DNA of 64,000 nt from positions 1,377-65,376 of the forward strand of contig DYGE01000003.1 of assembly GCA_020724845.1 (NCBI GenBank). The letters are read 5' to 3'. The notes beneath the pieces are model-generated. The model was not told the origin of the DNA, searched no databases, and worked only from the letters and a program-made list of their open reading frames with translations. Source of the DNA: Candidatus Paceibacter sp. GTDB taxonomy: Bacteria > Patescibacteriota > Minisyncoccia > UBA6257 > 02-FULL-45-10c. A program made the translations under genes and the position numbers. Shown in pieces: positions 56,035 through 64,000 of the stretch (positions are counted from its first letter, which is position 1; every line of letters begins with the position of its first letter).

Positions 56035-56865
56035 ATGGACATGGATGATTTTAAAAAGTTAAGCGGCAGTTTTTCGCCAACCGACATTTCCGCTTCTAAC
56101 ATTCAAGCTTTAATTGAAAGCGAAAGATGGAAGGCGAAGTTTGAGACGCTTCAGGAAGCGTTGGAGAACGAGCGAAAAGAAAGAAAGGAGCTGGAGACTA
56201 ATCTTAACAAGCTGGCATTTGAGCTCGGTGCCGCCAAAAATGAAATTAAGCTCTTGGAAGACAAGATCAAGCTTCTTACGAGCGGAGCCGGCCCCGAAAG
56301 GCTTCGCCATGAGGCAGGCAAAAGCCAGCCCGCGGTTCACGAATATAAGGAGGAGCCAAAAACCGAACACAAGGTTGCTCAAGAACCGGCGCAAGCGGAG
56401 GTTAAGCCGAGCGCGAAGCCGGCTGAACAAACGATAGAGCCGGAGCCAAAGCTTAGAAAAGAGGAAGTTGCGCCTGATGAGCCGGAAGAGAATGTTGATC
56501 CGCCGAAACTTTTTGAAGAGCTCTGGATTGAGCAGTTTAAGGAAGAGGAAAAAGAAGGAGACTTGGAAATAAAGTCTGCGATCGCGGAAGCGTATCAGGA
56601 ACAAGCGGAAAAAGTTTGGGAGCTTGGCGACGCAATTTTAGAGGCGTTGAGCGAGTCTCCTAATGAGCTTTGCTATGATTTCCTTAGGAAAAGGGGAACT
56701 GAAGACAGCATCTATACTAAATTCATTGACGGCGTGGCGGCGCTGGAAGAAGAATTCGGCAAGTACAGGAATATTGTGGAAGTGGTGGACTACGACTTGA
56801 AGAGCTTGAACAAAGTTATCCCGCACTTAAAAACGACTTGTTCCGAAATTTTCCACTCTGGCTAA
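56035..56865 (+). CDS. Coiled-coil hypothetical protein
   Basis: Heptad N-terminus, Pro/Glu-rich linker. Confidence 0.7.
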   Translation: MDMDDFKKLSGSFSPTDISASNIQALIESERWKAKFETLQEALENERKERKELETNLNKLAFELGAAKNEIKLLEDKIKLLTSGAGPERLRHEAGKSQPAVHEYKEEPKTEHKVAQEPAQAEVKPSAKPAEQTIEPEPKLRKEEVAPDEPEENVDPPKLFEELWIEQFKEEEKEGDLEIKSAIAEAYQEQAEKVWELGDAILEALSESPNELCYDFLRKRGTEDSIYTKFIDGVAALEEEFGKYRNIVEVVDYDLKSLNKVIPHLKTTCSEIFHSG

Positions 56866-56923
56866 ATTTGCGGTTTTGGGTGGTTTGTGACATAATTTAC
56901 CCGTCTTTGAAAAGGAGGTTTGG

Positions 56924-57574
56924 ATGAGCAGAGTTCGGGATGTGGCGTTTTTGGAAAGCGGAGTAAATCAGCTGGCTGAAGCGGCCAAGATTGACCCGGA
57001 GGCCTGGAAGAAGTTTATGGCTCACATGGCCGGGCTGAAGGAGCATCACTTGGAAACCTATCTTCATTGTCTCCGAGTCGGCGCCTACTCGTTCGGTTTG
57101 GCCGAAATGGAGAAGTGGCAAGATCTGAAATACCCGCTTTTCGGCGGCTGCGGCCACGACGATGGCAAGTGCGAGGTTGAGCAGGTTCTCCTAGGGGCGA
57201 CCGGCCGGCTGACCGAGGAAGAGTTCAACCGAATAAAGAAGCACACTAGAGAAGGATTTAACCGGCTGAAGGAGAGTTTTCTCTTTACGGCCTTTATTGC
57301 CGGCATGCACCATAAGTTCCAGGATAAGGGCTACGGCATTGACCTGGATAGGGACTCGCCGGTTCCGCTAAGCGATGAGTCCAAGGAAATGGTGCGTAAA
57401 ACCGCGGTGCTGGTGATGACTGCCGACTTCTTTGACGCTTTGACCACCCGAAGTAACAACAAGGGATTGATTGATGACCCAAGTGATCCGGCTAAGCAGG
57501 CTGAGGTAATGACCCAGTTCTTCCCGGAAACTCCAGCGAGAGTAGCATGGCTAGTTGAAAATAGAATTAAGTGA
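56924..57574 (+). CDS. Stand-alone HD-GYP-like phosphohydrolase
   Basis: T..H..RV, HDDGK, I.KH...G, HH....GYG, AD.FDAL. Confidence 0.8.
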   Translation: MSRVRDVAFLESGVNQLAEAAKIDPEAWKKFMAHMAGLKEHHLETYLHCLRVGAYSFGLAEMEKWQDLKYPLFGGCGHDDGKCEVEQVLLGATGRLTEEEFNRIKKHTREGFNRLKESFLFTAFIAGMHHKFQDKGYGIDLDRDSPVPLSDESKEMVRKTAVLVMTADFFDALTTRSNNKGLIDDPSDPAKQAEVMTQFFPETPARVAWLVENRIK

Positions 57575-57679
57575 GATCTTCGCCCCGCAGCGTTACGCTG
57601 CGGGGCCTTTTTTGTTTGACAATGGGGATTTAAAATTGTAAACTCTTGGCAGAAGTATCCTTAATAACAAGGAGATGAG

Positions 57680-58219
57680 ATGAGAAAGGCGCTGATTTTA
57701 GCAGTTTTCGCGTTTTGGCCTGGCCTTTGCGCCGCTGCCTCAAATGGTCCGGAGATGGCCATTTCTCTTAAGAAGGGATTTTCAATGAAGCCGATGATGG
57801 AAAGCCCGGCTCGGTCTTATTCGGCTGATGATCTGGATGTTTTTTTCTATGACATAAAAACCAAGAATAGGTATTGGGGAATGGGGGTTCGGAAACGGGA
57901 GGACAGCGAGAAGACAAAATACTTGGCGCTTCCGGTTATCAGAGGCGCCTTGGAAGATATCGGCGCCGCGACTAAAGAAAGTTTGACTGATTCCGGCTGG
58001 CGGATCGGTTACGGGCTTGGGCCTAATTTCGTTTCTGGATCCGGATCTAAGCTTTATTTTTATGGAGAGGTGGTTGTCGGTTTGGATATTGTCCTTTGGA
58101 AATGGCAGCGCGGTGAAAGGTCTTTCGCTTTCAACTGCGATGTGAAATTCGAAGCTCTGAAGAATTTCGACTTGATGTCCTTGACTCCGATGATCGGCTT
58201 TACCTATCAGTTATTCTAG
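57680..58219 (+). CDS. Secreted beta-strand-rich protein (beta-barrel-like)
   Basis: Signal peptide, amphipathic strands, C-terminal GFTYQLF. Confidence 0.65.
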   Translation: MRKALILAVFAFWPGLCAAASNGPEMAISLKKGFSMKPMMESPARSYSADDLDVFFYDIKTKNRYWGMGVRKREDSEKTKYLALPVIRGALEDIGAATKESLTDSGWRIGYGLGPNFVSGSGSKLYFYGEVVVGLDIVLWKWQRGERSFAFNCDVKFEALKNFDLMSLTPMIGFTYQLF

Positions 58220-58290
58220 TTTATCAACCGCCTGTTGGGCGGTTTTTGAATTGCTGATATAATTAGGAGAGTAGAATCCAAAAGACTGAA

Positions 58291-59841
58291 ATGCTAAAGT
58301 TTTTATTTACCAACAAATTGTTTCTGGCGATCATTGGAGCGGCTGTTCTGGCCGGCATTGCGTACTTTGCTTTTAATAATGAAGCGCCTCAAGCCGACAC
58401 TGCTGAAGCGCAGATAAGAGATTTAAAACAAATAGTCAGCGTAACCGGTTCGGTGAGGTCTTCGGAGGAGATAGATTTGGCGTTTGAGGTTTCGGGCAGA
58501 GTCTCTGATATTTATGTAAACGTAGGCGATCAGGTTATTTCCGGCCAGAGATTGGTGTCTCTGGACGCTAGCGAGCTGCTGGCCCAATTGAGCGATGCCA
58601 AAGCCAATTTAGAAGTTCAGGTTGCTAAATTAGACGAGCTTAGGAAGGGAACTAGGGCTGAAGAAATAAACGTCGCTATTGCCAAGGTTAGAAGCGCGGA
58701 AGACGCATTGTCCGATGCCAAATTAAACTTCACCAACAGCGCCAAAGATGCCTTTACTAAAGCCGATGACGCCGTAAGAAACAAAGTTGATCAATTTTTT
58801 GATAATTCCAGAAGTTCCAATCCGGAACTCTCTTTTCAGCCGAATAATGCTCAACTTGGAAACAAACTTGAGCAAGCGCGGCCTGGCATTGAACAAATTC
58901 TTAACGAATGGAAGTCGGCGACGGACGCCCTATCGGTCAATAGCAATTTAAGCCAGCATTCTGATTTAGCGAATAGCTACCTGAATTCCATCAACTTATT
59001 TTTAGATGACGTGGCTTTGATGTTGAATTCCCTCACCCCTACGGGAGAAGTTTCCCAGACTAACATAGATAAGTACAGAACAGATGTTTCAACTGCCAGA
59101 ACTAATTTAAATACCGCCATAACCAACCTTGCCTCGTCCGAAGAAAAATTTAACAGCGCTAGAGCCAGTTTGGCTGTCGCGGAGCGGGAACTTGAATTAA
59201 AACAGGCGGGAGCAACCCAAGAGCAGATCGCGGCGCAAGAGGCGCTCGTGCGGCAAGCGGAAGCCAAACTGCAGGTTACTAATTCTCAACTTAGCAAAAC
59301 CGTCCTGCGAGCTCCCTTTGCGGGAGTGGTTGCCAAGAAAGACGTGAAGGTGGGCGAAATTGCGCGGGTTAACAGCCCGGCTATCTCGGTGATTGGGCAA
59401 AGCGAGTTTGAAATTGAAACATTTGTGCCGGAAGCGGATATTGCCAGCGTAAGCGTGGGGGACATTGCTGAAATCACGCTTGACGCGTATGGGAATGACG
59501 AGCTTTTTGAGGCCGAGGTGGTTTCCATTGACCCCGCGGAAACCGTGGTGGGCGGCGTGCCGACTTATAAAACGATTTTAGAATTGAAGGCTGTGAATGG
59601 GAGGATTAAGTCAGGTATGACCGCGAACATTGATATTCTAGCTGATATGAGAGAGGGCGCGATCGCGATTCCGGTGAGGGCGGTGATATATCGCAATGGC
59701 GATAGGATCGTCAGAGTATTGACCGGCGGGGAGATTGTAGAAAAAATGGTTGAGACGGGCATACGCGGCAGCGACGGATTTATTGAAATCACGCGCGGCA
59801 TTGAAGCGGGAGAGGAGATAGTTGTGTTTATAAGAGATTAA
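58291..59841 (+). CDS. Membrane fusion protein (MacA/HlyD-like)
   Basis: N-terminal TM, SGRV..I.V..GD.V, LRAPF.G.V, KSGMTA. Confidence 0.9.
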   Translation: MLKFLFTNKLFLAIIGAAVLAGIAYFAFNNEAPQADTAEAQIRDLKQIVSVTGSVRSSEEIDLAFEVSGRVSDIYVNVGDQVISGQRLVSLDASELLAQLSDAKANLEVQVAKLDELRKGTRAEEINVAIAKVRSAEDALSDAKLNFTNSAKDAFTKADDAVRNKVDQFFDNSRSSNPELSFQPNNAQLGNKLEQARPGIEQILNEWKSATDALSVNSNLSQHSDLANSYLNSINLFLDDVALMLNSLTPTGEVSQTNIDKYRTDVSTARTNLNTAITNLASSEEKFNSARASLAVAERELELKQAGATQEQIAAQEALVRQAEAKLQVTNSQLSKTVLRAPFAGVVAKKDVKVGEIARVNSPAISVIGQSEFEIETFVPEADIASVSVGDIAEITLDAYGNDELFEAEVVSIDPAETVVGGVPTYKTILELKAVNGRIKSGMTANIDILADMREGAIAIPVRAVIYRNGDRIVRVLTGGEIVEKMVETGIRGSDGFIEITRGIEAGEEIVVFIRD

Positions 59842-59852
59842 TTTCGCGCGGC

Positions 59853-60569
59853 ATGGCCTTGATTGAAGTAAAAGATCTGCGGAAAACTTATGTCAATGAC
59901 GGTGTGGAGACGCCTGCTTTGAGAGGCGTTTCTTTTTCAATTGGAAAGGGGGAATTCGTGTCTATTATGGGACCCTCGGGATCCGGCAAGTCAACCCTTC
60001 TGCATATTCTGGGGTTTTTAGACCGGCAAACTTCCGGCGTGTATAAGTTCAATCAAAAAACAATAGACGGTTATTCAAGCGATGAGCTGGCAAAGCTGCG
60101 CAATGAAAAAATGGGGTTTGTGTTCCAGATGTTTAATTTGTTGCCGCGCACTACCGTTCTTGATAATGTGCTGTTGCCGCTGGTATATTCCGGCTTAGAA
60201 GAAAATCAATGGGAGCAAAAAGCGGCGAAGGCGGTGGAGCAGGTCGGGCTTGCGCATAGGATGAATCATGAATCCTCCCAGCTTTCCGGCGGAGAAAAAC
60301 AGAGGGTAGCAATCGCGAGGGCGCTTGTTAATGACGCGGAAGTTATTTTCGCAGATGAGCCGACTGGCAATTTAGATTCCAAGTCCGGAGAAGTGATTAT
60401 GGATACGCTGCAAAACCTAAATAAGATGGGCCACACTATTGTATTAATAACTCACGAAACTTACACTGCTGAACACTCCCAAAGGATTATTCGCTTGAAG
60501 GATGGATTAATGGAGAGCGATACTCCTGTGAAGAACAGGAGAATTGCGAATGGCCATTTCACTAAATAA
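59853..60569 (+). CDS. ABC transporter ATPase (MacB/LolD-like)
   Basis: [25 protein letters not shown]. Confidence 0.93.
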   Translation: MALIEVKDLRKTYVNDGVETPALRGVSFSIGKGEFVSIMGPSGSGKSTLLHILGFLDRQTSGVYKFNQKTIDGYSSDELAKLRNEKMGFVFQMFNLLPRTTVLDNVLLPLVYSGLEENQWEQKAAKAVEQVGLAHRMNHESSQLSGGEKQRVAIARALVNDAEVIFADEPTGNLDSKSGEVIMDTLQNLNKMGHTIVLITHETYTAEHSQRIIRLKDGLMESDTPVKNRRIANGHFTK

Positions 60570-60574
60570 TTTCA

Positions 60575-61819
60575 ATGCAACTTAAGCACGGATTTAAAAT
60601 AGCGCTGAATGGCTTACAGGCGAATAAATCTCGCACTGCTTTAACTATTTTGGGCATAGTCATAGGCATTACCGCGATCATACTGGTGATGTCTTTAGGC
60701 GAGGGCGCTAGGGAGTTGATTTTGAGCGAGGTGCGCGGCATGGGGGCTGAAACTATAGTTATTCGCCCCGGCCGTGAGCCGAAGGGGCCTACCGATATTG
60801 CTGAAACTGTTTTTTCTGACTCTCTTACTAGTAGAGATGTGGATGCGCTTAGGCTGAAGAGTAATGTTCCCGGATTGGTGGATGTGGCTCCCGGCGTGAT
60901 AGTTACCGGCAGCGTTTCTTACTTAGGGGAGACCTACAAGCCGTTTATTTTGGGCTGGTCAGCCGAATTTATGGTGGATTTTTTGGATCTTTATCCGGAG
61001 GACGGGGAGATATTTTATGAAAGCGATATCAGGCAGAAGTCCAGCGTGGCGATTATCGGATCTAAGGTTAAGGAAGAGCTTTTCGGCGATTCGGACGCGG
61101 TCGGGCAGAATATAACGATTAAAGATAGAAAATTCAGGATTGTCGGCGCATACCCTCCGAGAGGGCAATTGGCCTTTTTCAACGTTGATGACTTGGTATT
61201 GATTCCTTATACTACTGCCCAGTCGTACCTTCTTGGCATTGATCACTACCACGAAATTATCACCAGAGCGGCGAGTCCCGACTTGGTTGACCAGACGGTG
61301 CGTGATATAGAGCTCACGTTGCGGGAAAGCCATAACATCACCGATCCGGAAAAAGATGACTTTTTTATAGTCACGCAACAAGGGCTGGTGGATCAGATTA
61401 AAATTATCACTCAAACTTTTACCGCTTTTCTTGCGTTGGTGGTCGCGATATCGCTCGTAGTCGGCGGAATAGGCATTATGAACATCATGTTGGTATCGGT
61501 AACAGAAAGGACGAGGGAAATCGGCTTGCGCAAGGCCATCGGCGCCACCAACAGAGATATTCTCACCCAATTTCTTCTTGAGTCGGTTTTATTAACATCA
61601 GCCGGAGGAGTGATAGGCATTGCGATCGGCCTCGGCCTCTCGCTGGGAATTTCGGTGGTGCTTAGCCAATTTTTAGGAATTAATTGGGAATTTTCTATTC
61701 CCATTGCGGGCATTGTGCTTGGATTAGGCGTTTCCGGATTAGTGGGATTAATTTTTGGACTGTATCCGGCAAGGCACGCGGCGCGAAAGGATCCGATTGA
61801 AGCATTGCGCTACGAATAG
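60575..61819 (+). CDS. MacB/FtsX-type ABC permease
   Basis: GGIGIMNIMLVSVTERTREIG, DPIEALRYE. Confidence 0.93.
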   Translation: MQLKHGFKIALNGLQANKSRTALTILGIVIGITAIILVMSLGEGARELILSEVRGMGAETIVIRPGREPKGPTDIAETVFSDSLTSRDVDALRLKSNVPGLVDVAPGVIVTGSVSYLGETYKPFILGWSAEFMVDFLDLYPEDGEIFYESDIRQKSSVAIIGSKVKEELFGDSDAVGQNITIKDRKFRIVGAYPPRGQLAFFNVDDLVLIPYTTAQSYLLGIDHYHEIITRAASPDLVDQTVRDIELTLRESHNITDPEKDDFFIVTQQGLVDQIKIITQTFTAFLALVVAISLVVGGIGIMNIMLVSVTERTREIGLRKAIGATNRDILTQFLLESVLLTSAGGVIGIAIGLGLSLGISVVLSQFLGINWEFSIPIAGIVLGLGVSGLVGLIFGLYPARHAARKDPIEALRYE

Positions 61820-61927
61820 CCGCGCAGGAAAATTTTTCTGGAATTTTTCTTGAAACGTTTTTGCGATTTATTACGTTATATTTTTTGTGAAAGATATTTT
61901 TAAATTTTTTTTTCGGAAAAATTTAAG

Positions 61928-61936
61928 TTATCCACA
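61928..61936 (+). promoter_or_regulatory. Consensus DnaA box in an AT-rich spacer
   Basis: TTATCCACA. Confidence 0.5.
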
Positions 61937-62119
61937 GTTTAGAAAAATTTTTTTCGCGGATATTATTTGTATAATGAAATTAGAAAGGAATTTTTTCAAA
62001 AATGTTTTCTGATGTCGCAAAAATTTTTCTTGCGATGAAAGCAGAAAGGTCGCTTGCAAACTTATCTTAACAATGATCAGATAAGTTTGGATAATTAATT
62101 TCAAATTTGCAATTGAACA

Positions 62120-62254
62120 ATGGCAAAGAAGAAAAGAAAGGCCGCCAAAAAAGCAAAAAAGTCTAAGAAGCCGATGAAGAAGGCTAAGAAAGCCAAGAAG
62201 GCTAAAAAGACTAAGAAAGCTGCAAAGCGAGGCGGGAAAAAGCGCCGCAGATAA
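62120..62254 (+). CDS. 44-aa Lys/Ala-rich histone-H1-like basic protein (absent from the ORF track)
   Basis: MAKKKRKAAKKAKKSKKPMKKAKKAKKAKKTKKAAKRGGKKRRR*; followed by a terminator. Confidence 0.75.
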   Translation: MAKKKRKAAKKAKKSKKPMKKAKKAKKAKKTKKAAKRGGKKRRR

Positions 62255-62266
62255 AGTTTATCTGTT

Positions 62267-62296
62267 TAAAACACCCCCGGTTTTCGGGGGTGTTTT
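62267..62296 (+). terminator. Intrinsic terminator
   Basis: AAAACACCCCCG / CGGGGGTGTTTT. Confidence 0.8.
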
Positions 62297-62332
62297 ATTG
62301 AAAAATAAATTATAAAAGTTTAAAATAAATTT

Positions 62333-63400
62333 ATGTTGGAAAATTTCTTTTCTCCGGACACCTTGCAAAGGGTATTTCTTGGAAACACATTAGAGGATTT
62401 TATTGTCGCGGGCGGCGCTTTTTTGGTGCTGCTGCTGGTTTTTAAGCTGCTGCAGGCGATTTTGTTTTACCGATTCAAAAAACTGGCCGAAAAAACCGCC
62501 ACCGCGGCCGACGATGTTTTCATAGAAATCCTCCGCTCTATCAGGCCGCCCTTCTATTCTTATCTTTCGTTCTATTTGGCGATGAGCTTTTTGGAATTGC
62601 CTGGCGCTTTCAGAAAGGTAATCAATGTAATTCTGGTGGTCTGGGCGGTTTACCAAGTGACTTTGGCGCTGCAAATCCTGATAGATTATCTGCTTCATGG
62701 GCGATTGAAAGATGCCGCGGCTGCCAGCAATCGCGAGGCCTTGAAGGTGCTCGGCAAGGTGCTGAAGGGGATTTTGTGGACAATTGGCGTCTTGTTTATT
62801 TTATCCAATGTCGGCATTGACGTTACTTCTTTCATTGCCGGGCTTGGCATCGGCGGTGTTGCGGTAGCTCTGGCGCTTCAAAATATTTTGAGCGACCTTT
62901 TCAGCTCCTTCGCGATTTTCTTTGACAAGCCGTTTGAGGTCGGCGATTTTGTAGTTGTCGGCGAGAATCTCGGGGTAGTGGAAAGAATTGGAATTAAAAC
63001 CACCCGCCTGCGCGCTTTGCAGGGCGAAGAAATAGTAATTTCTAACAGGGAATTGACCTCTGTCAGGATTCAGAATTTCAAAAAGATGAAAGAGCGGCGC
63101 GTGGCTTTTAGCTTTGGCGTGACTTACGATACCCCGATTGAAAAGCTGAAAGAAATCCCGCAGATTATAAAAGAAATCATAACAGCCGAAGAGTTGGCTC
63201 GTTTTAGCCGAGCCCATTTTAATAAATTTGACGATTCCGCCTTGAATTTTGAAGTCGTTTATTATGTGCAAACCGCTGACTACGATAAATATATGGATAT
63301 CAATCAGGATATCCACCTTAAAGTAAAGGAAGCGTTTGATAAAAGAAAAATATCCATGGCTTTCCCGACCAGGACTATCTATCTGGAAAGGGAAAATTAA
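62333..63400 (+). CDS. mscS: Small-conductance mechanosensitive channel
   Basis: AGLGIGGVAVALALQ, DKPF.VGD, IGI.TT, AFPT. Confidence 0.92.
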   Translation: MLENFFSPDTLQRVFLGNTLEDFIVAGGAFLVLLLVFKLLQAILFYRFKKLAEKTATAADDVFIEILRSIRPPFYSYLSFYLAMSFLELPGAFRKVINVILVVWAVYQVTLALQILIDYLLHGRLKDAAAASNREALKVLGKVLKGILWTIGVLFILSNVGIDVTSFIAGLGIGGVAVALALQNILSDLFSSFAIFFDKPFEVGDFVVVGENLGVVERIGIKTTRLRALQGEEIVISNRELTSVRIQNFKKMKERRVAFSFGVTYDTPIEKLKEIPQIIKEIITAEELARFSRAHFNKFDDSALNFEVVYYVQTADYDKYMDINQDIHLKVKEAFDKRKISMAFPTRTIYLEREN

Positions 63401-63408
63401 AAAGCGGA

Positions 63409-64000
63409 TTAACTTCCGCTTTTTTGTATTTTTTTCTCCAAAGAATCCAGCACATGCTTCGCGATGTATTCAACCATTTCTTGCTCGCCGAGGTCAGTGG
63501 TGTCAATGAGGTGCAGTTGGGGATATTGCGGTGACAAAACTTCATAGACCTTTTTAAATCTCGTAACCAGCGTTGCCACGGTTTTGGGGTTTGTCGTCTC
63601 GCCCGGCTCTTTGCTAAGAGCTATTTTCAATTCTCGTTCCATGGCGACCATGGGGTCAGCAGTCATGAAATATACCGCGTCCAGCTTGTCGGTAAAGAAT
63701 CGGGAGAGAAAGAAAGATTGTATCGTTTGCTTTTCATCCGCGTCCAATTTGCCTTTCTCATCCCAGTATTCCATCCAGCAATAGGCGTCGAACAGGCAAC
63801 GGTCAAAGATGACGATGTCATACAGAGTGCCCATACTGATGTCTACCAGCATTTCGGCGGCGTACATTCCGGTTCTGATATTGTAGAGCGGGGTTGCTCT
63901 TGATATGTGGCGGATAACTTCCGCCCCTTCCTGCGGGCAGAGAACTCGGAATCCCTGTCGCCTGAAGAATTTGTCCAATTCTTTGATGCAGGTGGTTTTC
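63409..64000 (-). CDS. P-loop thymidylate-kinase-like protein, 5'-truncated
   Basis: Frame continues to the window edge reading KTTCIKELDKFF (end of Walker A); FDR motif. Confidence 0.7.
   Translation of the reverse strand, partial: KTTCIKELDKFFRRQGFRVLCPQEGAEVIRHISRATPLYNIRTGMYAAEMLVDISMGTLYDIVIFDRCLFDAYCWMEYWDEKGKLDADEKQTIQSFFLSRFFTDKLDAVYFMTADPMVAMERELKIALSKEPGETTNPKTVATLVTRFKKVYEVLSPQYPQLHLIDTTDLGEQEMVEYIAKHVLDSLEKKIQKSGS

Noticed and set aside
39400-58250. Integron cassette array
   Set aside because: The hairpins between orphans are short terminator-type stems without consistent RYYYAAC/GTTRRRY attC ends. Orientations are mixed and no integron integrase is present.
61820-62020. Chromosomal origin of replication
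   Set aside because: Only one clear DnaA box is present, with no dnaA or dnaN nearby.
1-64000. Alternative genetic code (UGA=Gly)
   Set aside because: Conserved genes are full length in code 11, and ybeY ends at TGA at the expected position.

Overview
Bacterial chromosome segment in standard code 11. It is most likely a Patescibacteria/CPR (Parcubacteria-like) genome; this is an inference from the pth-lepB-hisS-HIT-rpsU-yqeY-ybeY-ftsA-ftsZ gene order, mostly SD-less or leaderless core genes and many small orphans. 1-10.4 kb holds housekeeping genes and a class II ribonucleotide reductase. 11-22.6 kb holds Zn uptake with a Fur/Zur regulator, SOD and a copper/thiol-redox operon. At 22674-23315 a tRNA-Asn(GTT) gene is split at anticodon position 35/36 by a 567-nt group I intron that encodes an HNH endonuclease. 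A ~16 kb integrative element (23309-39394) sits in the 3' end of that tRNA. Its large serine recombinase gene runs through the attachment site, so integration and excision would swap the enzyme's C-terminus (WLPG* when integrated, a 34-aa tail encoded at the far end of the element when excised). The element also carries a replication/HTH module with 11-bp iteron-like repeats, candidate structured RNAs, an Mza-like restriction system (Vsr-Dcm fusion, GHKL ATPase, Z1 helicase, DUF4420-like and DUF3883-like nucleases) and exported-protein cargo. Outside the element, many stand-alone orphan genes each have their own sigma70 promoter, strong Shine-Dalgarno and terminator. These include a three-member paralog family, a duplicated promoter/leader in front of unrelated genes, a CRIPT-like zinc protein and a beta-barrel-like protein. 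All assignments are from motif reading by eye; no searches were run.
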